A DNA stretch of 64,000 nucleotides from Nitrospirota bacterium (GTDB lineage: Bacteria; Nitrospirota; UBA9217): NCBI GenBank assembly GCA_963845065.1, contig CAWJQQ010000009.1, forward strand, positions 96,001-160,000, written 5' to 3'. Shown piece after piece: positions 20,626-29,464 of this stretch. A program made the position numbers and the translations under genes. Under the pieces are notes generated by a model. The model worked only from the letters and a program-made list of their open reading frames with translations, did not search any database and had not been told where the DNA came from. How positions within the stretch are numbered: the stretch's first letter is position 1; each line of letters begins with the position of its first letter.

Positions 20626-21485
20626 AATACGCCTTTTATCTTGGCTGCGCAACGCCAGTCAAGGCACTGAAATACGAAATATCTACCAGGAATCTTGCCA
20701 AGAATCTCGGCATAGAACTAGTTGATGTTTCTGGCTTCGGTTGCTGTGGTTTTCCGGTGAAGTCCATGGATTCATTTGCCGCGCTTCTCATGGCTGCCCG
20801 GAATCTTGCTTTGGCGGAAGATCTAGGTATGGACATTATTGGCCTTTGCACAGGATGTATGGCGGTTTTATCAGAAGCGAAGGAATGCCTGGAAGACGAG
20901 AAATTGAAAGACAAGGTCAATATGAAGTTAAAATATCTTGGGATTAAGAAATATTCGGGCAAGGTACGGGTGAAACACTTCGCCCGATTCTTATACGAGG
21001 ACTACGGGATTGACTCGGTGAGAAATAAGGTAACTACCTCGTTGGAGTCGTTTCGATTCGGCGTTCATTATGGCTGTCACTATGCGAAACCGGCACATGC
21101 GCATGGTTATTTCGACAATCCTTCAAATCCGGTAACGCTCGATGAACTAATACAGTGTACTGGAGCAAAGACGATAGAATACCAGAACAAAAACCTTTGT
21201 TGCGGCCTTACGGTAATGGGAGCCGCCGAAGATATCAGTTTCAGGTTAGCTTCCGAGAAGCTCGACTGCCTGTCAAACGAAAGAACCGACGCAATGGTTG
21301 TGGCCTGTCCGTCCTGCTGCATTGCTTATGAAAACAATCAGAAACTGGTAGGTAAAAAAATGGGGAAAGATTACAATTTGCCCGTACTCTATTTTACCCA
21401 GATCCTCGGTCGTGCAATGGGGATTTCAGAAGAAAACCTAGGATTTGAGTTTAATAGAATTAAGTGTCATTTAGCATGCCCTTGA
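20622..21485 (+). CDS. hdrB: Heterodisulfide reductase subunit B-like (two CCG domains)
   Basis: YLGC, GCCG, LCTGC, HYGCH, LCCG and ACPSC; ATGA overlap with hdrC. Confidence 0.92.
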   Translation: MKYAFYLGCATPVKALKYEISTRNLAKNLGIELVDVSGFGCCGFPVKSMDSFAALLMAARNLALAEDLGMDIIGLCTGCMAVLSEAKECLEDEKLKDKVNMKLKYLGIKKYSGKVRVKHFARFLYEDYGIDSVRNKVTTSLESFRFGVHYGCHYAKPAHAHGYFDNPSNPVTLDELIQCTGAKTIEYQNKNLCCGLTVMGAAEDISFRLASEKLDCLSNERTDAMVVACPSCCIAYENNQKLVGKKMGKDYNLPVLYFTQILGRAMGISEENLGFEFNRIKCHLACP

Positions 21486-21681
21486 TGTTCAGTTACAATA
21501 AACCACCTGCATTGTGCAAGACGATTAATGGCGCCTTTTTAAGTTGGAACACCTGTTTTTTCAGCGTGAAAAAAAACAGTCAGAATTCGATGAGGTTCAT
21601 AAAACGGCGAAGAATATGGTTCGGAACTCGGTTCGAGTACTCCGCGGCGGACTCAACGATTAAATATGGAGGAAACTTGAT

Positions 21682-23097
21682 ATGGCTGTGAAGCTGACTA
21701 TTATTGGTGCAGGCCCCGGGGGCTACGTTGCCGCAATTCGTGCGGCTCAGATGGGCGCTCTGGTGACGATCGTGGAGAACGCGGAAGTTGGAGGAACGTG
21801 CCTGAACTGGGGTTGCATCCCCACCAAGACAATCATTGCCTCGGCTGAAGCGCTGCAACAGATTCGATCCGCATCTGATTTCGGAATTGACGTGCCAGGA
21901 GAAGCCGTTTACAACCTTGCGAAAATCCGCGAACGCAAAGACAAGGTCGTTTCTACGCAGGTGAAGGGGATACGCGCCCTGTTCAAGAGCTGGAGCGTGA
22001 ACCTGATCGAGGGCCGCGGATCGCTGCTCTCACCTGATGTGGTACTCGTCGTCAAAAAGGACGGCACGACCATGCATATTAAATCGGATAGGATTATCAT
22101 CGCTACTGGCTCCCGTCCCGCAAAACTGCCGGGTTTTCCTTTTGACGGCGATACGGTCATTACCAGTGATGATGCGGTCCTGCTCAAAAAAATTCCGAAA
22201 AGCCTGTTGATTATCGGTGCAGGAGTGATTGGTTCCGAATTCGCCTTCATCTACCGGGCCTTCGGCGCCGTGGTGACTATAGCCGAAATAATGCCGCGCG
22301 CGCTCTCCGCCGAGGATGAGGATATGACGGATATTATCGAACGTGAGTTCAAAAAAAATAAGATTAGGCTTATTACCGGCGTGAAGGTTGAAAAGGTGGA
22401 ACGAGGCGACGATGGTTTGCTCGTTGCGCAATTGGACAACAGCCAGGAGATCAAGACCGAGATGATTCTTGTGTCCATAGGCCGTAGTTTAAACTCGGGT
22501 AACCTCGGTCTCGATGGCGTGGGTGTGGTCGTGGGGACGCGAGGAGAGATCGTTGTCAACGACCATATGGAAACGAATGTACAAGGAATATTTGCCATTG
22601 GTGATGTGACCGGCAAAATTATGTTGGCACATGTGGCATCTCAACAGGGGCTCGTAGCGGTGGATAATGCGCTCGGCAGACAAGAAACAATGAATTATGA
22701 TGTTGTTCCGTCTGGCATCTTCACCATGCCCGAGATCGGCAGCGTGGGACTCAGGGAAAAGCAAGCAATCGAGAAGGGGATCAATTACAGCGTGGGTCGT
22801 TTTCCGTACCGGGCTCTGGGTAAATCACATGCAATGGGCGCGATCACCGGGATGATTAAGATCATTGTCGACGAAGGTACCGATAAAGTGCTCGGCGTTC
22901 ACATCTGCGGGGCTCATGCGACGGACATGGTACACGAAGGCGCGCTCGCAATGGAGATGGGTGCGACCGCCGAACAACTCGGTCATATGATTCATGCCCA
23001 TCCCACGCTTGCTGAGGGCCTCATGGAAGCGGCAGAGGATGTGCACAAAGCGGCAATTCACGTGCTGGGAACGAGGGTCTCATTATTAGTACGATGA
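21682..23097 (+). CDS. lpdA: Dihydrolipoamide dehydrogenase
   Basis: GAGPGGYVAA, GGTCLNWGCIP redox disulfide, GAGVIG and HAHPTLAE. Confidence 0.95.
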   Translation: MAVKLTIIGAGPGGYVAAIRAAQMGALVTIVENAEVGGTCLNWGCIPTKTIIASAEALQQIRSASDFGIDVPGEAVYNLAKIRERKDKVVSTQVKGIRALFKSWSVNLIEGRGSLLSPDVVLVVKKDGTTMHIKSDRIIIATGSRPAKLPGFPFDGDTVITSDDAVLLKKIPKSLLIIGAGVIGSEFAFIYRAFGAVVTIAEIMPRALSAEDEDMTDIIEREFKKNKIRLITGVKVEKVERGDDGLLVAQLDNSQEIKTEMILVSIGRSLNSGNLGLDGVGVVVGTRGEIVVNDHMETNVQGIFAIGDVTGKIMLAHVASQQGLVAVDNALGRQETMNYDVVPSGIFTMPEIGSVGLREKQAIEKGINYSVGRFPYRALGKSHAMGAITGMIKIIVDEGTDKVLGVHICGAHATDMVHEGALAMEMGATAEQLGHMIHAHPTLAEGLMEAAEDVHKAAIHVLGTRVSLLVR

Positions 23098-23140
23098 AGG
23101 GTGACGCTGGCAGTTATGAAGTGACACTAATCAGTTTTAT

Positions 23141-24245
23141 CTTACACGCCGTAAGACCCCGGCCGTGAGGCCGGGGATATAAGGCGCTTGTAGCGAAGCA
23201 CACAAAAAATTGCTGCTCCTGATCAGACATTGACAAAAGTTCACCTGCCTGATATAACTGCTTTCATGTCTGATTCAGCCCAAGATCCCTCTGTACAAAC
23301 CATGACTGTCGTTGGTAAAGCATTGGTAACGGACGACAGCACAGCTCTGTCGCTCGGGCTGCTTGGTTTTTCCGCAACGAAACTTTGGAACACCGCGGTA
23401 TGGCATACCAGGAACGTCTGGATGGCCACGGGGAAAATACTCACCTACCCCGAGCTCGATGTCGCTCTTAAACAAGAGCATCCGCTCTGGTATCGCCGGC
23501 TGCACTCCCAGAGCTCTCAGGCAATCCTGGAAGAGCTTCGGCAGTCCTATCAATCATGGTTTGCACTCCGTAAGAAAGGCGATAGGAAATCCAGTCCCCC
23601 TGGTTTCAGGCGAAAAGCCGATCTGTCAACAGTGACGTTCAAACAAAGCGCCGTAACATGGAACGCCCGTACATCGACGGTGCGCCTCAGTATCCCGAAG
23701 GACATCTACGGCAAACAATTTCTCTTTCTGAAGCTCCGCCTTCCTAACGGCACACGTCTTACCGAGGACAATGTCCAGATAGGCCGTCTGGTACATGATA
23801 AAGGCATGTGGTTTGTCCACCTGGTCTATAAGATAACGCTCCCCGTATTGAAAGGAGAAGGGGAAACGATGGAAGCCGATCTTGGTATGATGATATGGCT
23901 GCCACGGCATGCACGGATGGAAGCACCTCCATTTAGCCAGGCGGTGAGTTGGCCGCTCTTGAGCGGTACTTTGAAATGCAAAAGTCAAAGACGACCAACA
24001 GCAAGTCCCGGAAATCAGGTGCGTTGAACCAGAAACGATCTCGTCAGCGTTCCCACCTGCTCCACAGCTTTACCAAATCTCTTGTCCGCGATGCAGAGGC
24101 TCGCGGTGTCTCCACGATCATCGTGGGGGACCTGAAGGACATCAGAGAAGGCAAAGACTGGGGAAAGAGCGGAAACCAGCAGTTCCATAAATGGCCGTTT
24201 GACCGGATCGTCAGGATGCTTACGTCATTCCGCTCGAACGCCTAG
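23141..24245 (+). mobile_element. IS200/IS605-family (tnpB-only) element remnant
   Basis: TTTAT followed by left-end hairpin CCCCGGCC-GTGA-GGCCGGGG (23157-23176), then promoter TTGACA-17-TATAAC (23230-23258) and a broken tnpB. No right end seen. Confidence 0.8.
23266..24245 (+). pseudogene. tnpB: TnpB RNA-guided endonuclease, inactivated
   Basis: KLWNTA, LHSQSSQ, PPGFRRK, RuvC-I ADLG, IIVGDL and FHKWPF. Frameshift near 23890, in-frame TAG near 23935, zinc finger and RuvC-III missing. Confidence 0.88.
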
Positions 24246-24256
24246 TTCGGCATTTG

Positions 24257-25195
24257 CTACTGCGTCACTTCAGGATTGAAAATGCCCCTGTAAAGTGCAA
24301 TAACTTCCGGGGAGACCTCCAACAATCTCATCTTCTTGTCCTTCCAGTCCTTATCGCACCACTGACCTGTCTTAATGTAGTGCTCAGAACTACTTCCGCT
24401 GGCGAGTATTTCTTCTCCGACGTAGGCGAACTCCTCAACGCCCCTTTCAGCCGACTGGTATCTTTCTACATATTGCATATTCTTCCAGCTCCCATCCTGA
24501 GGCACATCCCGTAACCCTCGATAATTGTACAACTGATGCCATACGACATATTTAATCCTATTGCTCGCGAGCGAATCAGGTTTTTTGTCATTCGTCGTGT
24601 CAGCACGGACTATGCCATTTGGAGACGGTATGCCATATCGTGGGTCTAAATACCATCGCGCAACCGCCTCGTAACACGAACGGCTGTCAATCCCTTGGTG
24701 AACTTGGAGTATGTGCAGGAATTCGTGAATCAACAAATTTGTCTTGAAGCGTTGTATGAATACAGGATCCTCCGGCTTCATTCCCCGTTGTTCGTAAATT
24801 TTCATGAACGGTGATTGAAGCACAGTGTTGTCCCAGTCCGGACTGACTCCAATGTAGCCTTTTGCAGGATACGACTTCGCGGTGTTTGCCGAGGAATCCA
24901 ATATTATCGGCACTGATGTCAGAAAGGACCTTAGTGATGGGTCGAACAGCTCAAGCGCACTCTTCAAAACGCCGTCGTTTCGTTCTCGCGAGATTGGTAT
25001 TGCCGCTCTATTGAGAAACCATCTGGGCAAAAAAGAGAAGACGGGAATCTCAGCAATTCGCCGGCTAATCCCATAAGAGCCAAGCCCAGCGATAACGTGA
25101 TTATTCAGGTACATGTTTGCGAGTGTCCCAAAACCAAGAAGCAACAACACAACCGAGACAGCATTTCTTATACCGTGGGACTTAGTTGTCCTCAT
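24257..25195 (-). CDS. Exported hypothetical protein with HExxH motif (putative zinc metallopeptidase)
   Basis: N-terminal hydrophobic segment, LIHEFLH, and downstream EEFAY as a gluzincin-like third ligand. Start chosen after GGAAGGA; the ORF extends to 25273. Confidence 0.65.
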   Translation of the reverse strand: MRTTKSHGIRNAVSVVLLLLGFGTLANMYLNNHVIAGLGSYGISRRIAEIPVFSFLPRWFLNRAAIPISRERNDGVLKSALELFDPSLRSFLTSVPIILDSSANTAKSYPAKGYIGVSPDWDNTVLQSPFMKIYEQRGMKPEDPVFIQRFKTNLLIHEFLHILQVHQGIDSRSCYEAVARWYLDPRYGIPSPNGIVRADTTNDKKPDSLASNRIKYVVWHQLYNYRGLRDVPQDGSWKNMQYVERYQSAERGVEEFAYVGEEILASGSSSEHYIKTGQWCDKDWKDKKMRLLEVSPEVIALYRGIFNPEVTQ

Positions 25196-25552
25196 GTCTA
25201 TCCTTCCGCCAATGACAAAGAGAGATATCACGTTACAGACTTCTGAGCTCATATCGGATGCTTGCTCCGACATAGGTGCTTATGATTAAAAAGGCATATG
25301 ACGAAACAGCCTTTCCAGCAACAAATTATTGAGTAGATCTTTTACTTGAACAGCGCAAAAAGGGTGCATAGTTAGGTAGTTTTCTTAGTCAGTTGATTAT
25401 TAGTGCTATATTATGCAAGAATATATGCCTGATTCGCGGTTCTGTCAACGAAATCGAATAGTATTTATATCGGCTGGAGTAACGAATACAGAGTGAAAAA
25501 TGCACCGCTGTTCATATTATTAGAAGTGCAGAATTCAGGATGTAGGCCGCTA

Positions 25553-25975
25553 CTATTTCAAATCTTCAATCCACAGCAAATATTTGCCAAGTGGCGTACT
25601 CTTCAGCGCATTATAGAACTTTTTGTCTGCAGTGACCAGACGGCACTCTTGAGTCTGTGCAACAGAGAGGTATAGACTATCATAGAAAGATCGTTCGTAA
25701 CGTTCTGCTATTGTCCAAGTAACATCGAGGATCATTTCGGATGAAATAATAATAATAGGTATCCGTCTAAAATCGAAAAGAATTTTTGTAGCGGAATCTG
25801 CATCGATTTCCTTAGCCCTCCATTTTTTCCATAGGACATTTCCGAATTCTGCAAAAATGAGATCCGGGGCTAAGAGTTCAGCTTCCTTATTGAGCAATCG
25901 CAACGCTTCGCGCGAATGAACCTCTGGCAGAAACCATTTGATGGATGCGCTAGCATCGACGACATATTGCCTCAA
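25553..25975 (-). CDS. vapC: VapC PIN-domain toxin
   Basis: VVDASASIKW, APDL..AE..N, SFYDSLY and LVTAD. Confidence 0.93.
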   Translation of the reverse strand: MRQYVVDASASIKWFLPEVHSREALRLLNKEAELLAPDLIFAEFGNVLWKKWRAKEIDADSATKILFDFRRIPIIIISSEMILDVTWTIAERYERSFYDSLYLSVAQTQECRLVTADKKFYNALKSTPLGKYLLWIEDLK

Positions 25976-26202
25976 CGGTCTCGGTCCTCTCTAACCAGGG
26001 AGGAACTATCGCTAAACTTTCTGCCCGCCAGACATTTTTGCCAGCCTCTAGCTACGTTAGAAGCTTCTGCCATTGATAATTTTGCTGCGTTTTGCAAAAT
26101 TAATTTTACCTCTCCCTGCAGTGAACGATTATGCTGCTTAGCTCTCATCTTGAGACGCTCGATTGTCTCCTTTTCTAAATCGCGAACGAGTAATTGTGCC
26201 AT
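25972..26202 (-). CDS. FitA-like ribbon-helix-helix antitoxin
   Basis: MAQLLVRDL...LKMRAKQHNRSLQGEVKLIL; 4-bp overlap with vapC. Confidence 0.9.
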   Translation of the reverse strand: MAQLLVRDLEKETIERLKMRAKQHNRSLQGEVKLILQNAAKLSMAEASNVARGWQKCLAGRKFSDSSSLVREDRDR

Positions 26203-26228
26203 ACTGATCTCCTTATCGATAATGCTGA

Positions 26229-26250
26229 TGATAGCATAATGATAGCATAA
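26229..26250. promoter_or_regulatory. Tandem TGATAGCATAA repeat, probable antitoxin operator
   Basis: Two exact 11-bp copies about 27 bp upstream of the antitoxin; TGATAGCA matches the FitAB half-site as I recall it. Confidence 0.6.
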
Positions 26251-26554
26251 TGTAAAGATATTTTATGCTGAGTCCTCTAATCGCGATATTTGTCGCGAAT
26301 ATAGGTTTTCTCTTATACGATGTTAATAATATCGAATAGGTCTTTTATAGGAAGATGTTGAAGAATTTAGGTTCAAATACTATGAGTTTCAAAGAGTGGT
26401 AATCACAAGAACTTCAGGATCAAGTAAGCCGCTCCGCGGCAGAGAAGCATAACCCGCTTCCTTCTCCCACCTTCGCCTCGTTTGATATTTTCTGCGTGGT
26501 TTCCGTGCTACCATATTTCTCCATTGCAGTTCAATCTCATTTTACAAGGAGAGT

Positions 26555-26824
26555 ATGGTCATCACGACGAGTTCTGTAGATGTCATTCTGTACGCGAAGT
26601 GGATAGCAAACCCCACATACACCGTAACCTATTACAGCCCCTTCTGTAACAGCGGTAGTGCCCCTATCGACTCAACCAATTATGAGCAGGGTCAACCTGT
26701 CACAGTACTCGGTAATACAGGCAATCTCGTTGAAGTTGGGAATCCCTTCGCAGACTGGGTAACGCGGAGTCAGTCGTTGTTGTCGAGCACCAGTCTAAAG
26801 CACCAGTTAGTCATTCGATTGTGA
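26555..26824 (+). pseudogene. Fragment of a Listeria-Bacteroides (InlB B-repeat/Flg_new) repeat protein
   Basis: DVILYAKW...TYTVTY...GSAPIDSTNYEQGQPVTVLGNTGNL; about one repeat, no signal peptide. Confidence 0.65.
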
Positions 26825-26842
26825 TTTAATTTCCATATATTG

Positions 26843-27871
26843 TTACTTCAATCCGAAGAGCGTCTGAGCGTTCTTATACGCAATTTTTTCCGCTGTCTCA
26901 CGACGAAGCTGGGAAAGTAATTCGCGGAAGCGATCGATGCGTTCGACATAAAAATCCAGCGCTGGCGTATGTGCCGCATCAGTGCCGAGAAGGAAACGAT
27001 CGGGGAATTCCTCGTAAAGGGAAATCATCTCGGGAAAAAGCTTTCCCGATCCATCCTCGATGAGGTGAATCCATGGTGTTCTTTTCGGCCAGTAGCGTCC
27101 ATAGCCGCCCTGCCGAGTGGCGGTCATACCACCCAAATCACACATCAGATTAGGATAGTGAGTCAAAAATTCACGGATTTGTCCGGCGCTACTGCGTCCG
27201 CAGTTATGAGCCCAGATGAACTTGGTCCCGCGTTCGGTGTCTAGAAGATGCGCCATCTCCTTCACTTTGTCTGGCTCGGCCTCAAGATGGATCAGTACCG
27301 GAACATTATATTTGGAGGCAACTTCGGCGATACGATGCATGAGGTAGCTGTCCACAGGAAGATCGACATCATCACCCCCTTGTTTTCCGAAATTCGAGTA
27401 AGCATAATGTCTTAGGATGAATTCGCCTAAGCCAAAGAATTGACCAGATTGCAGCTTTCTTTCTGTTTGCTGGAGAAAGTCATCCCCAACCCGAGTGTGA
27501 CCTTCCCATACACGTCGATTTCGAACACCGAGGTCACCACGTTGCCCAGCCACGAAGGGAATGAAACGACCGGGAAACCTCCGCGCAAATTCAAGAGCCT
27601 GCTCATCGCTTCCATTGCCCCCCGCTCTGACTCCCTCGTAGTAGCGGGCCATGAGGACCATGCTTTTGACTCCGGCTGCATCCATAAGCTGAATCAAGCG
27701 TTCGGCAGTCATGTCGCGATTCAAATGCCCATGAGCATCAATAATAGGCAAAATATTAGAATTGACTGGATTGTCAGCCGCTTCTGATCCGACCGCATTC
27801 AGAACGCAGAAGCAACCAACACCTAGAATCATTGCAAGAGTACGAAACCCCATGGACGGCACCCTGCTCAT
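26843..27871 (-). CDS. Exported amidohydrolase-superfamily protein
   Basis: Signal peptide, IIDAHGH, GLGE, LIH, WAH and LLGTD. Confidence 0.88.
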   Translation of the reverse strand: MSRVPSMGFRTLAMILGVGCFCVLNAVGSEAADNPVNSNILPIIDAHGHLNRDMTAERLIQLMDAAGVKSMVLMARYYEGVRAGGNGSDEQALEFARRFPGRFIPFVAGQRGDLGVRNRRVWEGHTRVGDDFLQQTERKLQSGQFFGLGEFILRHYAYSNFGKQGGDDVDLPVDSYLMHRIAEVASKYNVPVLIHLEAEPDKVKEMAHLLDTERGTKFIWAHNCGRSSAGQIREFLTHYPNLMCDLGGMTATRQGGYGRYWPKRTPWIHLIEDGSGKLFPEMISLYEEFPDRFLLGTDAAHTPALDFYVERIDRFRELLSQLRRETAEKIAYKNAQTLFGLK

Positions 27872-28042
27872 CAGTCTAATAAGTTATGAAAAGTATTTTT
27901 TACTTCTTCGTAATATATCAGAAACGACGAAATATTGTGACCTACTTCCCTAAGTATAATCCCATCTTGATATTCATTCCTAAACAGGTAAGGTTGTTGA
28001 TTTCTTCATGAAACATCGACTCAGAAAGCTCCACCCGCCTAG

Positions 28043-28336
28043 CTAAACCGCTATCGCCTTAACCAGTTTCCAATCATTTGACTTGTGCGCGGCTTCCCAA
28101 AGATCGTAATTCCGCTGGAGGTTGAGCCACAGTTTCGGGGTCGTGTTAAACGCTTTGGAGAGACGAAGCGCCATGTCAGGAGTCACATCGCCGCGTTCAT
28201 TCACGATCTTCGACAGTGTCTTTCGGGACACGCCGAGGGTCCCGGCGAGCTCCGAAATCGTTAGGGATAAAGGCTCTATGTACTGCCTTTTCAAAATACC
28301 ACCCGGATGCGTGGGGATTCTCTTCCGCATTCTCAT
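28043..28336 (-). CDS. higA: HigA family antitoxin (HTH)
   Basis: PTHPGGIL, LGVSRKTLSKIVN, VTPDMALRL and WLNLQRNYDL. Confidence 0.93.
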   Translation of the reverse strand: MRMRKRIPTHPGGILKRQYIEPLSLTISELAGTLGVSRKTLSKIVNERGDVTPDMALRLSKAFNTTPKLWLNLQRNYDLWEAAHKSNDWKLVKAIAV

Positions 28337-28346
28337 GTTTGCGCCT

Positions 28347-28625
28347 CTAACGATAATCTATATAGTTCACCCGGTAAGCGTTGCCTTCTTTAAATGCGAA
28401 AACAACACGCCAGTTTCCGGAAACCCTTACAGCCCAGAAGCCCTTCAGCGAGCCTTTCAATTGATGTAGGTCCGAGTCTGGATATCTCATATCTTCCACC
28501 ACGTGCGAGGCCTCAAGTCTATCTAGGATGTCCGCGAGCTTCTACGCGTGAGCGGCCTGAATTCCCTTCTTCGAACCGTCGGAAAAGAAGTCCTCAAGCC
28601 CCTTATGGATGAAGGTCTTGATCAT
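28347..28625 (-). pseudogene. higB: HigB (RelE/ParE-family) toxin, inactivated
   Basis: MIKTFIHKGLEDFF...HA*KLADILDRL...LHQLKG...WAVRVSGNWRVVF. TAG at 28542-28544 and a 1-bp frameshift near 28390. Confidence 0.9.
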
Positions 28626-28639
28626 TCTGCTATCTATAA

Positions 28640-28658
28640 TGTAACCCTTATGGTTACA
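28640..28658. promoter_or_regulatory. Palindromic higBA operator candidate
   Basis: TGTAACC-N5-GGTTACA immediately upstream of higB. Confidence 0.65.
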
Positions 28659-28960
28659 CATATCAAGCTGTTTTCATACGTAGTTGTGGGAAACAGCTTA
28701 GTCGGGACAATTGAGTACCGACTCGTTTTCTGCTCAGAAAATCTTTGGATGCCATGATATTGATCGATATTTTTCAAGCTTTAAGTGCTTTAGAGAATGG
28801 CATCTTCAACGACTCCAGGGTGTACATCACACTTCAAATTACAACCGATATTATTCACCTCAATTGAAATAGGAGCTCTGTGAGAAACACCTACAATTCT
28901 GCAGTGCCCATATTGTGACAAGGTAAAGAATTCCGGTTGAAACATGCAATCGTATTGATT

Positions 28961-29368
28961 TCACAGATGAAGTGCATTTGTACCCAACCAACGGTCTAAT
29001 ATATGCTCAATATCCTTCTTGAATTGATTAATGTCTGATGCTTTGTGCAGAAAACTGTCTGCACCCGCCTTGATAGATGCCTGTTGGTCCGATTCCATAT
29101 CGGAATGCGTGACGATTACCACTGGAATACGGTTCAAACTCATATCCTCGCGTATCTTACGCAAGACCTCGATGCCGTCCATCCGGGGCATTTTCAGATC
29201 GAGCAGAATCAGCTCAGGCGAGGTCTTTCCTCCCCCTATGAGTGCGAGGCCAGCTTCTCCGCTAAAGGCGACTTCCGTTCTTAGATCCCGCCCGGTCTTA
29301 GATAGGACCAGCTTCATTAACAGGACATCGTCCTCGTTGTCGTCTATGATAAGGATTGTTGGTTGCAT
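28961..29368 (-). CDS. Single-domain response regulator
   Basis: ILIIDDNEDD, LILLDLKMP, VIVT and FLHK; ATG at 29368 after GGAG. Confidence 0.9.
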   Translation of the reverse strand: MQPTILIIDDNEDDVLLMKLVLSKTGRDLRTEVAFSGEAGLALIGGGKTSPELILLDLKMPRMDGIEVLRKIREDMSLNRIPVVIVTHSDMESDQQASIKAGADSFLHKASDINQFKKDIEHILDRWLGTNALHL

Positions 29369-29464
29369 GCTAATCTCCAATGAATGAGGATTGCATAACG
29401 GGGACCGTTGGTGGTGACGAAGACATTGGCATAATGCCTTCCCGTTATTCACTTAGTCCACATT

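Noticed and set aside
10818..24245. Composite transposon carrying the sulfur cluster
   Set aside because: The flanking elements belong to different families, and the IS4 has its own target duplication, showing an independent insertion.
25411..25430. Possible sigma54 promoters here and near 12311-12333
   Set aside because: GG-to-GC spacing is 11 nt rather than the required 10.
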